51,377 bases of DNA from Promethearchaeota archaeon (GTDB lineage: Archaea; Asgardarchaeota; Lokiarchaeia; Sigyniarchaeales; SOKP01): the NCBI GenBank assembly GCA_030603385.1, contig JAUVXW010000034.1, positions 1 through 51,377 on the forward strand, given 5' to 3'. The translations under genes and the position numbers were made by a program. How positions within the stretch are numbered: the first letter of the stretch is position 1; each line of letters starts with the position of its first letter. Below are positions 18,472 to 28,992 of this stretch, piece by piece. Under the pieces are notes generated by a model that saw only the letters and a program-made list of their open reading frames with translations, was not told the origin of the DNA and searched no databases.

Positions 18472-21400
18472 TTACTTCCTAAATTTCCTTATTTTTGCAA
18501 TTATAATGATTGATATAACGGATAGAATGCTAAGGAGGAATAATAAATTATAACCTGAAACTGCTTGACTTGAAGGAAGACTTTTTAAAATATATACGCT
18601 TTCAACTCCTTCATTTCCTGCTCTATCTAATGCATAAAAGGTTATGATAATCACTCCTTCAGATAATTCATCCCACGCATCTTTATCGAATGTTCCATCA
18701 AATTCTGTAAAGTAAAAATTTCCCTCAATGCCTTCTATTGTATACCAAGAGGAAACTAAATCCTCTTCAAAAATAGAAATATTAAACTCTGGAGGATTTC
18801 TACCAAATTTTTCATTAGAAAGTGGAGAATTTATTGTAATATCTGGTATATATGCATCTTTTCTAAGTATTATTTCTAGGAATCCTTCATGACCCCAAGC
18901 ATCATTGGCATAGAACCTTATACTTACAGTTCCATTACCCTTTTTATCCCATTCACCCTTATTGATTGTCAATGTCAATCCGGGAAATGTAATATTTGTT
19001 ATTCCATCATCAAGAGTGTACCAAGTATCATCTAAATTTGGATCGAAAATTGATAATTCGAAAGATGGGGCTGTTATGCCAAATAAATCATTTTGGTTTG
19101 GTGAATTAATAGTAATTTCAGGAGGACTAGTATCTATCGTGAAATATCTACCTTCAGATGTACGCATGATTCCTGACAAGTCGTTCCCGAACACTTGAAT
19201 CTCGTGGAATCCATCATCAGGTAGTGGAATAGTAGTATTGCCTAGAAGCTTTATACTATTCTGATTATCTAAGGAATATTCAATCAGGTTTAAGTCGATC
19301 CCGAGTCTGATATTAAAACTTAGCAACAATCCTTCGTATAGATTATCTCCAAGGTTATAAATAAAAGAAGTCCAAGAAAAACCTATAGCGTCAATATAAT
19401 AAGAATATCCCTGTAAACCAAAAAGAAAATCTGTATACCACTCAATCCTACTAGCTTGACTTTGGTTATTTATAAAATTAAATTCCCCATAATTAATACT
19501 ATTTACGTATAATCGCCATGTATATTGAGATAATCCAGTATAATTTCCAGTTGAGCATTCAAAATCCACTCTTATGTGATACCAAGTATTATTTTCTATA
19601 AATCGTACATTATTCCAATCAGATCCATTATAATATTGTAATACATTGAATTCTATCCTCATGGTTACCAGCTCATTAGCTATAGCTCCATTATCTAGTC
19701 TAACACCACAAAGCTTGGGATTGTCAGATCTCATCCAATATTCTACGCTACCAAATTCTGGAGTTCCAAAAAGATTTTTAATAACATGGGCACTGACAGA
19801 ACCGGATGATGTATCGTGTAATTCTAAAACTGAGTTATGTCCATCAAGATTTTCAATAACTTGTACAGTTCCGCCATTAGTTCCGACTTCTTGAAACCAT
19901 GTAGGTTCAGAACCAACTTCATCATGATCAAAACTATTGGTTCCGGGATAATGCCCATCCATAGGTTCATAATATGTTTGATTCTTAGGGGATTTTATAT
20001 CAATTTCAAGTCCTGGATAACACTTTAAATCCCATAAAATATCCTTTTGAACTTCAGGGTAATTAACAATACCACTATGGCCAACTAAGCGATAGGCTCT
20101 ATTATTAACTGCTCCTGATAATACCGCTGACCCTGTTGCGACAAAACCATCACCAAATGTACCAATAAGGTTACGGATTTGGATAACTAATGTTAAATTA
20201 TAGTCTCCAAGATTAGGAAAAATTAAACCCCAGTAACTCACATCTAATATACCTGTACCTCTATATGTATTATAGTATATGTCATATCGTGTTTCATCCC
20301 CAAAATTAAGATCCATTAAAAATTCACTAAATGTGTACATTTGTAATGGGCAAGTGTTTTTTATTTCCTCAGTTAAAGTACCGTTATTTTCATAATTCCA
20401 GTAAATCGCATTAAAAGCCCATTGACCATGATGAGGACTTCCATATATTGATGCGTGAATTATAGTAATTCCTGCCTTTCTTAGATCATTATAGTGTTCT
20501 TTAATCATCGTTCGAATTACTAAACCTCCCTGTGACCATGCTATTAAGTCAATATTTTTTTTAATGTTGCCTGCGTTAAATTCGTTTATTATATAGTTTT
20601 TTACTGCATTTCCAATAATTTGAAGTGACGTCGAACCAGCACCGTCAATCCCGTCAAACTCTGTTCTGTTCGTATATCTATCATAATAACTTACATTGAA
20701 TATATTTTGAGACCCATAATAATCAATAAAATCACTAATTCCATTATTATTCAAATCAAGCATCGATGAAGTAATTCCATTTAATAAAGGTTCACTATCA
20801 CCACTAATCCCAGGAATCAATACAAGGGTCGGATTGTTTACTTCAAAATTCCTTAATTCTGATGTGTAAACTGCATTTCCTGAATCCTTGCCGAATACCT
20901 TAATTGAATGAGGTCCGTTTCCAGGTTTGGGAATTGCGGTTTCACCTAATACCGTTATGTTATTATGACCATCTAATGAATAACCTATCCAAGTTAAGTT
21001 GGATGGTGCTTGAAACTTTAACAACAATCCGTCGTTCATGTTATCAGCAATATTACAGCCATCAACCCAAGAAAATGCTATCGCATCAATATATAAATAA
21101 TGATCAGAAAATGGCATAAATAAATCAGTAAACCATACGATGCTTATAACATTAATTTTATCTACGTTAAATAGAAAGACTTGTGACAGACCGCCGTTTA
21201 TAAATATCTGCCAAGTATATTGAGCCAATCCTTGGTATCCCCCATTAGAGCATTCAAAATCAATCCTTACATGAAACCATTCATCATTTTGGACGGTTAT
21301 ATTTTCTATTTCTATCCAGTTTGCTCCGTTCCAATATTGAATAGTATTAGACCATGTTCGCACTGAGATAATTATTTCTGGAGCCAATATTCCCCCCCAC

Positions 21401-21888
21401 AAATAAAACCCACAAGCCTTAGAAGTGTTATCAGTTCTCATCCAAAATTCAATAGTACCTTTTGATGGCAGAAGTAAGAGATTTTTTTGGACGTAAGCAG
21501 CATCAGTTACATTTGTATCATGCAGTTCTAAGACTGAATTATGTCCATCAAGCACATCAATGACTTGTACAGTTCCACCATTAGTTCCGACTTCTTGAAA
21601 CCATGTAGGTTCAGTTCCAACCTCATCATGATCGAAGCTATTAGTTCCGGGGTAATACCCGCTCATTGGTTTATAGTATACTTTATCCTCAGGGGTGATG
21701 AGATTAATTCCCCCATTACTAGATTTTAAAATTTTATTTTCTTGAGAATTATTATCAGTAGTGTCGTCTTCCAAATTTCCATAATTCCCTCCTTGATAAT
21801 AGTTAATATTAGAGTTGGCTATAATTGAAAATCCAAAAATAATCCCTAAAATAACTAAAATTAACTTTTTTTTACTTATATTTCTCAT
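18472..21888 (-). CDS. Large cell-surface protein: duplicated LamG/ConA-like modules around a lipase-type alpha/beta hydrolase, Ig-like repeats, Loki-CTERM-like anchor
   Basis: N-terminal TM; IPGISG, AWSQGG (Ser), GDGFV (Asp), GHSG (His); near-identical internal repeat YPGTNSFDHDEVG.EPTWFQEVGTNGGTVQVI; C-terminus VSGYNLLFLLSILSVISIIIIAKIRKFRK. Confidence 0.8.
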   Translation of the reverse strand: MRNISKKKLILVILGIIFGFSIIANSNINYYQGGNYGNLEDDTTDNNSQENKILKSSNGGINLITPEDKVYYKPMSGYYPGTNSFDHDEVGTEPTWFQEVGTNGGTVQVIDVLDGHNSVLELHDTNVTDAAYVQKNLLLLPSKGTIEFWMRTDNTSKACGFYLWGGILAPEIIISVRTWSNTIQYWNGANWIEIENITVQNDEWFHVRIDFECSNGGYQGLAQYTWQIFINGGLSQVFLFNVDKINVISIVWFTDLFMPFSDHYLYIDAIAFSWVDGCNIADNMNDGLLLKFQAPSNLTWIGYSLDGHNNITVLGETAIPKPGNGPHSIKVFGKDSGNAVYTSELRNFEVNNPTLVLIPGISGDSEPLLNGITSSMLDLNNNGISDFIDYYGSQNIFNVSYYDRYTNRTEFDGIDGAGSTSLQIIGNAVKNYIINEFNAGNIKKNIDLIAWSQGGLVIRTMIKEHYNDLRKAGITIIHASIYGSPHHGQWAFNAIYWNYENNGTLTEEIKNTCPLQMYTFSEFLMDLNFGDETRYDIYYNTYRGTGILDVSYWGLIFPNLGDYNLTLVIQIRNLIGTFGDGFVATGSAVLSGAVNNRAYRLVGHSGIVNYPEVQKDILWDLKCYPGLEIDIKSPKNQTYYEPMDGHYPGTNSFDHDEVGSEPTWFQEVGTNGGTVQVIENLDGHNSVLELHDTSSGSVSAHVIKNLFGTPEFGSVEYWMRSDNPKLCGVRLDNGAIANELVTMRIEFNVLQYYNGSDWNNVRFIENNTWYHIRVDFECSTGNYTGLSQYTWRLYVNSINYGEFNFINNQSQASRIEWYTDFLFGLQGYSYYIDAIGFSWTSFIYNLGDNLYEGLLLSFNIRLGIDLNLIEYSLDNQNSIKLLGNTTIPLPDDGFHEIQVFGNDLSGIMRTSEGRYFTIDTSPPEITINSPNQNDLFGITAPSFELSIFDPNLDDTWYTLDDGITNITFPGLTLTINKGEWDKKGNGTVSIRFYANDAWGHEGFLEIILRKDAYIPDITINSPLSNEKFGRNPPEFNISIFEEDLVSSWYTIEGIEGNFYFTEFDGTFDKDAWDELSEGVIIITFYALDRAGNEGVESVYILKSLPSSQAVSGYNLLFLLSILSVISIIIIAKIRKFRK

Positions 21889-22055
21889 ATTGTTTTCGCC
21901 AAAATTTTTTTAACTAATAAGTATAAATTTTAGCATATATATTTAAAATTTAGGGTTTTTCCTCGTAAATAGTTTAAATTTTAAACAAAAAATAGAAAAG
22001 ACAATACTTAAAATAACTAAATTAAATTAGTATATTTTTACTATCTATACAATTC

Positions 22056-23480
22056 CTAATAATTCAATCCTTTAAAATAATTTACAGTTGTAAACAAGTT
22101 CTTACCACCTTTTCTAAGATAATTCATAGCATCCTCTATACCATCAATAGTGAGATCAAACATTGGAATAACACTAGAAATAATCTTACGCGTCCACGGG
22201 CTCCATTCTGGTCTAATTAGCTCTGGGTTAAGCCAAACAATCCCATTTTTAAAATGATTAGCGAGTTCTCTGATATAATAGATCCCGGGCATTTCATTCC
22301 TATGATAATAGTATATAGAACCATATTTTTCAGTTAATTCCCAACTGGCCATTGCACTATCCCCGACCACAACAACCTTGTATTTATTATCATATTTTCG
22401 AATAAAATCGTCAAATTCAATTGCCTCATCGGGATTCCTTTTACCATTGAAATACAAAGTCTCATAAATGCAATTGTGAAAGTAATAAAATTTAAAATCT
22501 TTCCAATGTGACATATTGTTAGCTGCTGAGAAAAGTAAATTGACGAGATGAGCATATGGCGTCATACTCCCTCCTACATCCATAAGCAGTAATATTTTTA
22601 CATCATTTTTTCTACGTTTATCAAATACAATTTCAATATCTCCCCCATTCTTTGCTGTCTTATCAATAGTCTCATCAATGTTCAATTCATCCTGTTTTCC
22701 GATATCTTCGAGCTTTTTTAGTCTTTTTAGAGCTACTTTAATTTGTCTAGTATCTAAAACGATATCTTTCCGATAATCTTTAAAAATTCTTTTTTCAGCT
22801 ATTTGTACTGCTGTTCGCATTCCAGAAGACCCCCCAATTCTCATCCCCATTGGATTTTCCCCAGAATGACCAAATGGTGATGTACCTTGTGTCCCAATCC
22901 AATGATCTCCATAATTGTGCGCTTCATCTTGCTCCCGCATTAATTCTTCCAGACGTTTTTGCATTTCTTCTAGACTAAAGAATTGACTCATCAATTCTGA
23001 AGGATTCCCATTCATTGCAGCTGCATTAAGATTATTTTTCAACCACTTTAGGATTTCCTCTTTAAGTGCGTCTGGCGTGTCAGTTAGGATTCCTTTACGC
23101 AACTCAGCATCATATTTTTCCAATAAGTCCTCAAGAAACTTTTGTAGGTCTTCAATATTTAGGTATTGTTGATATTCTTTCAATAAAAGTTCTAATCCTT
23201 CGATTAACTCAGGGAAGCTGATCGGTTTATCTAACCAATCCCAGATTTCCTGTTTAAAATCTTCAGGGAATTGTACCATGGCGTTTTTGAAGAAATTTGC
23301 AAAGGAAATGTCGAAAATATCAAAATGGTGTTCGTTTTTACAAAGAATTGACCTCGAAGTATAGTAAAACTCGACCATATTGTGGATGAGTCCTTTATCG
23401 AGAGCTTCAATTAAGGTCATATACTCTGTGATGCTTACGGGCAACCTTTCTTTTAGATAATAAAAAAATTCGACAAACAT
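22056..23480 (-). CDS. vWA-domain protein (CoxE-like, typically an AAA+ ATPase partner)
   Basis: WIGTQGTSPFGHSG, LLMDVGGSM MIDAS, YFHNCIY, VGDSAM, WLNP. Confidence 0.9.
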   Translation of the reverse strand: MFVEFFYYLKERLPVSITEYMTLIEALDKGLIHNMVEFYYTSRSILCKNEHHFDIFDISFANFFKNAMVQFPEDFKQEIWDWLDKPISFPELIEGLELLLKEYQQYLNIEDLQKFLEDLLEKYDAELRKGILTDTPDALKEEILKWLKNNLNAAAMNGNPSELMSQFFSLEEMQKRLEELMREQDEAHNYGDHWIGTQGTSPFGHSGENPMGMRIGGSSGMRTAVQIAEKRIFKDYRKDIVLDTRQIKVALKRLKKLEDIGKQDELNIDETIDKTAKNGGDIEIVFDKRRKNDVKILLLMDVGGSMTPYAHLVNLLFSAANNMSHWKDFKFYYFHNCIYETLYFNGKRNPDEAIEFDDFIRKYDNKYKVVVVGDSAMASWELTEKYGSIYYYHRNEMPGIYYIRELANHFKNGIVWLNPELIRPEWSPWTRKIISSVIPMFDLTIDGIEDAMNYLRKGGKNLFTTVNYFKGLNY

Positions 23481-23678
23481 CTGATAAAATAGAATAATTT
23501 AATGATTATAAGATTATATAATTAAAGATCTTTTATAGCTTTATTGTAAGTCTGCAACCTCATAGCGTTAAATAATAAAATGTTATGCTTGATTAACACC
23601 TTGAATTTTCCTTTGAAATGTAAAATAGGAAAAATGATTTTAATTGTTGTTTAAATTGTTGAGTAAAGATGAAATTAT

Positions 23679-24182
23679 ATGTTCTATACGATAGCCGATG
23701 ATCTAGTTTTTTATCAAATTTTGACGTTCATAAAAAAGTATTCAAATTCTGAACTTAAATTATATAAATATTTTCATAATAAGACGGAGGGAATATACCC
23801 AGAATTTGTTATTGTTATTGATCAGTTTATCTTTTTTTTTGTGAAAAATGAGAATTACTTTGGTTCTAAACTCTATTTAAATGTAATGAGAAGAGAAATT
23901 AGGAATAGAAAGATCTTAATTATCAGAGCTGAAAATGTATTAATTAATTTATTGTTCAGTCTATTCCCTGATTTATATATCCATAATATCTCATTGAAAA
24001 GAAATGATTCTTCAGGGCAGAGAGAAATTTCAGTGTATTTTTTAACTTATAAGGAAAGGGGTATCGCAATCGGACGCGGTGCTGAGTATATCAAATGTGT
24101 TAATGAGTTGTTTAAAAGATATATTAGATTTGAAAATAAAAGCACACCAATTGAAATTAAATGTAAAAATGTAAATCCATAA
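23679..24182 (+). CDS. Divergent archaeal NusA-like KH-domain protein
   Basis: ERGIAIGRGAEYIK KH motif; IFFFVK and RKILIIR segments follow the archaeal NusA layout. Confidence 0.6.
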   Translation: MFYTIADDLVFYQILTFIKKYSNSELKLYKYFHNKTEGIYPEFVIVIDQFIFFFVKNENYFGSKLYLNVMRREIRNRKILIIRAENVLINLLFSLFPDLYIHNISLKRNDSSGQREISVYFLTYKERGIAIGRGAEYIKCVNELFKRYIRFENKSTPIEIKCKNVNP

Positions 24183-24471
24183 TTTTTCTCAATGTTGTTA
24201 CATTTTTAAACGAAACAATTGTCTACCTAAGAAACTCGAGCTTTTGATTATAGAGAGTTTTTATAAATTCGAAAATAAAAAAAATTTCTTAATAAAATAT
24301 AATAAGAATTTTTATCTACTCAGTAAATTTTTAGTAATCATAGAATTAATGAAATATAATAACTAATCTTCGCCGTAGATTGAATTTTTTTGGTAGCTAC
24401 TGCTGTACAGCAGTTTCAGTGATATTTTAAAATTTATTTGTCAGTCTTGTAATAAAAAAAATTGAAGCATA

Positions 24472-24909
24472 ATGATTACTAACTCAAAAACAATTAATAA
24501 GAACTCTCAAAATAAAAAGAAACTACGTAAAAAAATTATTAAAAAATTATATTTTTTGGGAGGAACTATCTCCTTAACAATTGGGATTATTGGAATTGTT
24601 TTACCAATTCTTCCAACCACAGTTTTCTTACTAATTGCTACTAGTCTATATTCAAAATCTTCACAGAAACTATATAATTGGATAATTAATAACAAAATTC
24701 TAGGAACCTATATTAGAACTTATAAAGAGGGAAAAGGAATTCCCTTAAGAGTTAAAATCTTTACCTTATCACTACTATGGTTGACAATTCTAATTACAAT
24801 GTTCTTAATAATTGATATTTTTTGGATCCAAATATTATTACTAATTATCGCTATTAGTGTTTCAATTCATATTATCTTAATTAGACCAAAAATAAAGCAA
24901 GAAAAATAA
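24472..24909 (+). CDS. YbaN/DUF454 family membrane protein
   Basis: GIIGIVLPILPTTVFLL...SS.KLYNW. Confidence 0.9.
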   Translation: MITNSKTINKNSQNKKKLRKKIIKKLYFLGGTISLTIGIIGIVLPILPTTVFLLIATSLYSKSSQKLYNWIINNKILGTYIRTYKEGKGIPLRVKIFTLSLLWLTILITMFLIIDIFWIQILLLIIAISVSIHIILIRPKIKQEK

Positions 24910-24977
24910 TAATTCCATACTTAATATAGCATGATTTTAATTCTAAAAAATAAGGTTAAAACTAACTTTCCTTTATT

Positions 24978-26339
24978 TTAATAAAATTCGCAGTCAAGAA
25001 GAATTTGTGAGATATCTAGCACTTTAATCGGAGAATTATCTTCATTTGCTACTTGATATAAATTGTTCTTACAAAACACGCAAGAACTGACAAGAACCTC
25101 TGCATTTGTTTCAATAGCTTCTTTTAAGCGATCTTCACGAATTCTTACCATGCACGATCGAGTTTCTGTTAATCTATCTCTGCCAATTTCACCTGCAATT
25201 TCCCCATATAACGCTTTAACTCCACCTCCTGCACCACAACACCACGCCATTTCTTTATTATGTTTCATCTCAAATAGTTTGATTCCCTCAATCATTCTTA
25301 ATAGTTCTCTCGGTTCTTCATAAACATCGCAATATCTCCCTAAATGGCATGGATCATGGTATGTGACAAGTAAGGGATTATCCTTAGAACGTTTTGTGTA
25401 TCGAATTTTTAGCCCCTTTTCTTTCACAACCTTCAAGGTGTATTGAGTCAAATGATAAAGGTCAAATTCTAGTTTACGATTAGCTAACCTTGTATACTCT
25501 AGGGTAAATGTTGAAAAACAGCCAGAACAAGAAAAGACAACATCTTTAACACCACTTTTACGAATCATTGAATAATTATGTTTCACAAGCTCAAGTGCAT
25601 CATCTTCTAATCCTGTTCGAAATAACACTGATCCACAGCATCGTTCTTCTGGAAAAACTATAAATTTAATACCTAACTTATCTAAAACTTGGGAAGTAGC
25701 CGAAACGAGTTCTTTATTCCTGTATGAGGATGTACACCCCACAAAATATCCTACTTGAGGTGTTTCAACTTCTCCTTTTTCTAGATCTGCAGAACTTAAA
25801 TTATCCAGGTTTAATTTTGCACGTTCATAAGCTTCTTTTCCTTCTTCACAGGTGTCACACCAATTGAATCTATCACTATGTTGCTCAAGAAAAGGATTAT
25901 TGTTTTGTATAATAGCATTTCTAAGTATTTTTAGCTTTTCTGGCACTGCTCCCCTTCGTACAACTTCTTTGCGAAAGTTTTGAAATACGCTTAATGTGTC
26001 AACTCCTACAGGACAAACTATCTTACAGTTTCCACAAAGCATGCAGCGGAAAACAGATGGAATAATTTTTTCTTTGTCAAATTTAATATCCTTACGATCT
26101 AATGCTTTAATAATTCTATTCCGACCACCTGCATAATCAGTTTCTGACCAAGAAGTATTATATACTTTGCAAACATGACGACAATATCCACAATGAGTAC
26201 AACGCTCGTAAGAATATTCGTCTTTCATTGTAGATTTGGGTTCAATTAGGTTTTCTGTAGAAGGTTTAATTAAACCAGCAACAGTTGGTCCAGTTGTTAT
26301 TACTTTTTTAATATCATTCACTTCTTTACTACCACTCAT
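24978..26339 (-). CDS. Fe-S/CCG-domain oxidoreductase (GlcF/HdrD-like)
   Basis: CTHCGYCRHVC, CMLCGNCKIVCP, YFVGC, RCCG, YHDPCHLGR, CCGAGGG. Confidence 0.9.
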   Translation of the reverse strand: MSGSKEVNDIKKVITTGPTVAGLIKPSTENLIEPKSTMKDEYSYERCTHCGYCRHVCKVYNTSWSETDYAGGRNRIIKALDRKDIKFDKEKIIPSVFRCMLCGNCKIVCPVGVDTLSVFQNFRKEVVRRGAVPEKLKILRNAIIQNNNPFLEQHSDRFNWCDTCEEGKEAYERAKLNLDNLSSADLEKGEVETPQVGYFVGCTSSYRNKELVSATSQVLDKLGIKFIVFPEERCCGSVLFRTGLEDDALELVKHNYSMIRKSGVKDVVFSCSGCFSTFTLEYTRLANRKLEFDLYHLTQYTLKVVKEKGLKIRYTKRSKDNPLLVTYHDPCHLGRYCDVYEEPRELLRMIEGIKLFEMKHNKEMAWCCGAGGGVKALYGEIAGEIGRDRLTETRSCMVRIREDRLKEAIETNAEVLVSSCVFCKNNLYQVANEDNSPIKVLDISQILLDCEFY

Positions 26340-26472
26340 GATTTATTTACCAAATTTTTTGTATGCTTTTTCATTCAAGCCATAATTATTTTCTTTTAAA
26401 TTTTTAATTATTATATTATATTGGAAAATTTTCTCTTTTGTTTATGCTTGTACATGTCACAACTAATTATTA

Positions 26473-27936
26473 CTAAATTTTGTATAAAAGTTTTGCAGTA
26501 TTAAAGAGTAAAGAAATCCTCCAAAATTTCATTCTTGCCTTAATTATACGATATGAATTAAACAAATCCTCTGGATCTACCTTTTCTTTCAACTTCTTTC
26601 TTTTAATTACCTCATCAGGTCTAAATTTAAGTAAATAAAAAGTATTCACAATTCCAATTGTATAAACTCTATCTCCACGGCTAAATGCTTTAATTGATAG
26701 ATCGTGTAAAAAAGCCTTAACAGCAAAAAATTCGCGAGGTTTACTTATATCGGTTAAACCGAATATTTTTATTCTACTCCACCCCTCTATTCCTGAAATT
26801 GCGTAAGTTGCAGTAAGAAATTTATACTTATTGCTATCTTTAATATAATCTTGAAAAAAATCCTCAATTCTTTGATCAGAAATCCAATATTCTTGAAATA
26901 TTAAATTTCTACTGGATCTTCCAATTGCAACCTCAGCATCGCTTATATCTCGCCATTTTTCTTTCAAATAGGATTTTTCTACATCGATTCCGTTCAATTT
27001 TAATGCTATGTCTTTAGTTAAAGAAACGCATTTAGATGTAACTTCAGGATCGTCGTAATAAACTGCCCATACTAACCATTCTTGCTTTGGAAAAATAATA
27101 TGGGAATATTTCTCAAAATTTTGATTTGAAATTGAAAGAAAGAAAGGTTTAGTTGAAAGTTCATCCTTGATTTTTGTATAAAATTGAATCGCATTTTTAA
27201 TGGAAGAAAATCCATACCCAATTACCTCCAATGAAGTTTTAAGTGTTGTTAGAGATAATTCTACCTCAGAAATTGCTCCATAAATGCCATAAGTACCAGA
27301 AATATCTTCAAGAGACAATTCTCCATTAGAATCTCTGGAAATTTTAGTAATTGTTCCGTCAGGCAAAACCAACTCTAAAGATACAATTGAATCCATCATT
27401 GTTCCATATTTTAAAACACCAATGCCTGCTTTACCGGGTGTTGCGATAAAACCACCAACACAAGAAGTTTTAAAGCTTGTAGGATAACATTTCGGGGCTA
27501 GTCCATAGTCTGCAAGAGCTTCAATTAAATTTAACCAAGAGATTCCACTACCTACACTTACAATCATTTTGTCAGGATCAATTTTATAAATTTTATTTAT
27601 CCTTCGCATGTCTATAATAACTCCCCCTTTTGATGGAGTTGCTGAAGAAAAACAAGATGTACCCGCAGATCTAATTGTTATTGGAATTGATAGCTCTCTG
27701 CATTGTTTTATGACCATTGAAAGCTCTTCAGTATCTGCTGGACGAATAAGATAATTAGCTCTGTAATTTTCTTTGAACTTATAATGATAAGAGGGTAAGG
27801 AAGTTAGATCTGCTGATGCTGATTCAAGTTCATAAGGGTTATCACTTATATGATAAGGAGATACAAAATCCTTTATAATATCCAGAAAACCTTTTTTCTT
27901 ACTTTTATTATCATAATTTTTTATCATTATTATCAT
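26473..27936 (-). CDS. FAD-binding oxidoreductase (GlcD/D-lactate dehydrogenase-like)
   Basis: RSAGTS, DMRRINKI, SCVGGFIAT, KYG, GTYGIYG, DPEDLFN. Confidence 0.88.
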   Translation of the reverse strand: MIIMIKNYDNKSKKKGFLDIIKDFVSPYHISDNPYELESASADLTSLPSYHYKFKENYRANYLIRPADTEELSMVIKQCRELSIPITIRSAGTSCFSSATPSKGGVIIDMRRINKIYKIDPDKMIVSVGSGISWLNLIEALADYGLAPKCYPTSFKTSCVGGFIATPGKAGIGVLKYGTMMDSIVSLELVLPDGTITKISRDSNGELSLEDISGTYGIYGAISEVELSLTTLKTSLEVIGYGFSSIKNAIQFYTKIKDELSTKPFFLSISNQNFEKYSHIIFPKQEWLVWAVYYDDPEVTSKCVSLTKDIALKLNGIDVEKSYLKEKWRDISDAEVAIGRSSRNLIFQEYWISDQRIEDFFQDYIKDSNKYKFLTATYAISGIEGWSRIKIFGLTDISKPREFFAVKAFLHDLSIKAFSRGDRVYTIGIVNTFYLLKFRPDEVIKRKKLKEKVDPEDLFNSYRIIKARMKFWRISLLFNTAKLLYKI

Positions 27937-27978
27937 TAATTTTAGTTAAATCATTCATTTATCTAATCAAAACTTTAC

Positions 27979-28362
27979 TTAAACTAATATAAATCCTGAA
28001 AGGAAAGCGCCCCACCAACATATTAATGTAATATACCCTGTCATTTTCGCAGGTTTACGTTCTGCTGCAATACCAAACAACATACTTAAAAAACCCGTTA
28101 TTAATCCCAAGGCTCCTAAAATTATGTGCGACCAATGTACTCCTTCGGTAAATGAAGCCCAAATATCAGGATTTAAAAAAATTGTGGACAGAACGTTGAT
28201 AAGCGTTAAAATCCAAGAAACTACAGCGAAAATTCCGTGGATTTTAACAAATTTACTTTCATTAACTAATACAAGAATAGTACCAATTGTTAGTAATATT
28301 AAAGCAGGTGCTCCTAAAAGCATACCAAAATGTAGGTTTACACTTGAAACGATATCGGGCAT
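27979..28362 (-). CDS. 4-TM membrane protein with His residues in helices (cytochrome b561-like?)
   Basis: LHFG, KIHG, VHWSHII in or near TM segments. Confidence 0.6.
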   Translation of the reverse strand: MPDIVSSVNLHFGMLLGAPALILLTIGTILVLVNESKFVKIHGIFAVVSWILTLINVLSTIFLNPDIWASFTEGVHWSHIILGALGLITGFLSMLFGIAAERKPAKMTGYITLICWWGAFLSGFILV

Positions 28363-28456
28363 GATTATCCTAAATTTCCATTTTATTAGTTATTTTACGT
28401 TCGGTTTTAATATAAAAAAAAAAATTAAAATAGATTATAATTGCATTTTTCTGTAG

Positions 28457-28954
28457 TTATATTACTTCTCGTTTTGATTCTCCAAAAACTGATTTCGTAG
28501 CTTTTTTAGTAATTAGGAGTACTGCGACTAAAAGCAGCATCAATACAATGAACCATATAATTGCATGAACCACAGGATCAATATCAGCCGTTTCCACAAT
28601 ATATGCAGTACCTTCATGCCCTATATAATATAAAAAGGCGATGAAAACAGAAGCAGAAGAAACACCACCAAAAATTAATTCTTCAGTCTTAGATCCACTG
28701 AATAATGAAGTCTGTCTAGCTATAAGAAAAATTATGATCGCCCCGATGATTGAAATTGGGATAACGATGAAAAACTTACCATAGTATCCCATCGATATTT
28801 CTCCAGGTGTTTTTCCAAGTCGCCATTCATTAAGTACAGGATAGTATCTCCAGACAGGGATACCAAACCAACTTGCCCATATATATGTTAATGAACCTAT
28901 TAACACTAATCCATATATAAAATATGATATTGTTTTATTTTTTTCTAATGCCAT
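28457..28954 (-). CDS. Hypothetical membrane protein
   Basis: About 4 TM segments; GAGG SD; same operon. Confidence 0.75.
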   Translation of the reverse strand: MALEKNKTISYFIYGLVLIGSLTYIWASWFGIPVWRYYPVLNEWRLGKTPGEISMGYYGKFFIVIPISIIGAIIIFLIARQTSLFSGSKTEELIFGGVSSASVFIAFLYYIGHEGTAYIVETADIDPVVHAIIWFIVLMLLLVAVLLITKKATKSVFGESKREVI

Positions 28955-28992
28955 TATTTTTACCTCTTTTATTTATTTTGAGTGATTTCCTC

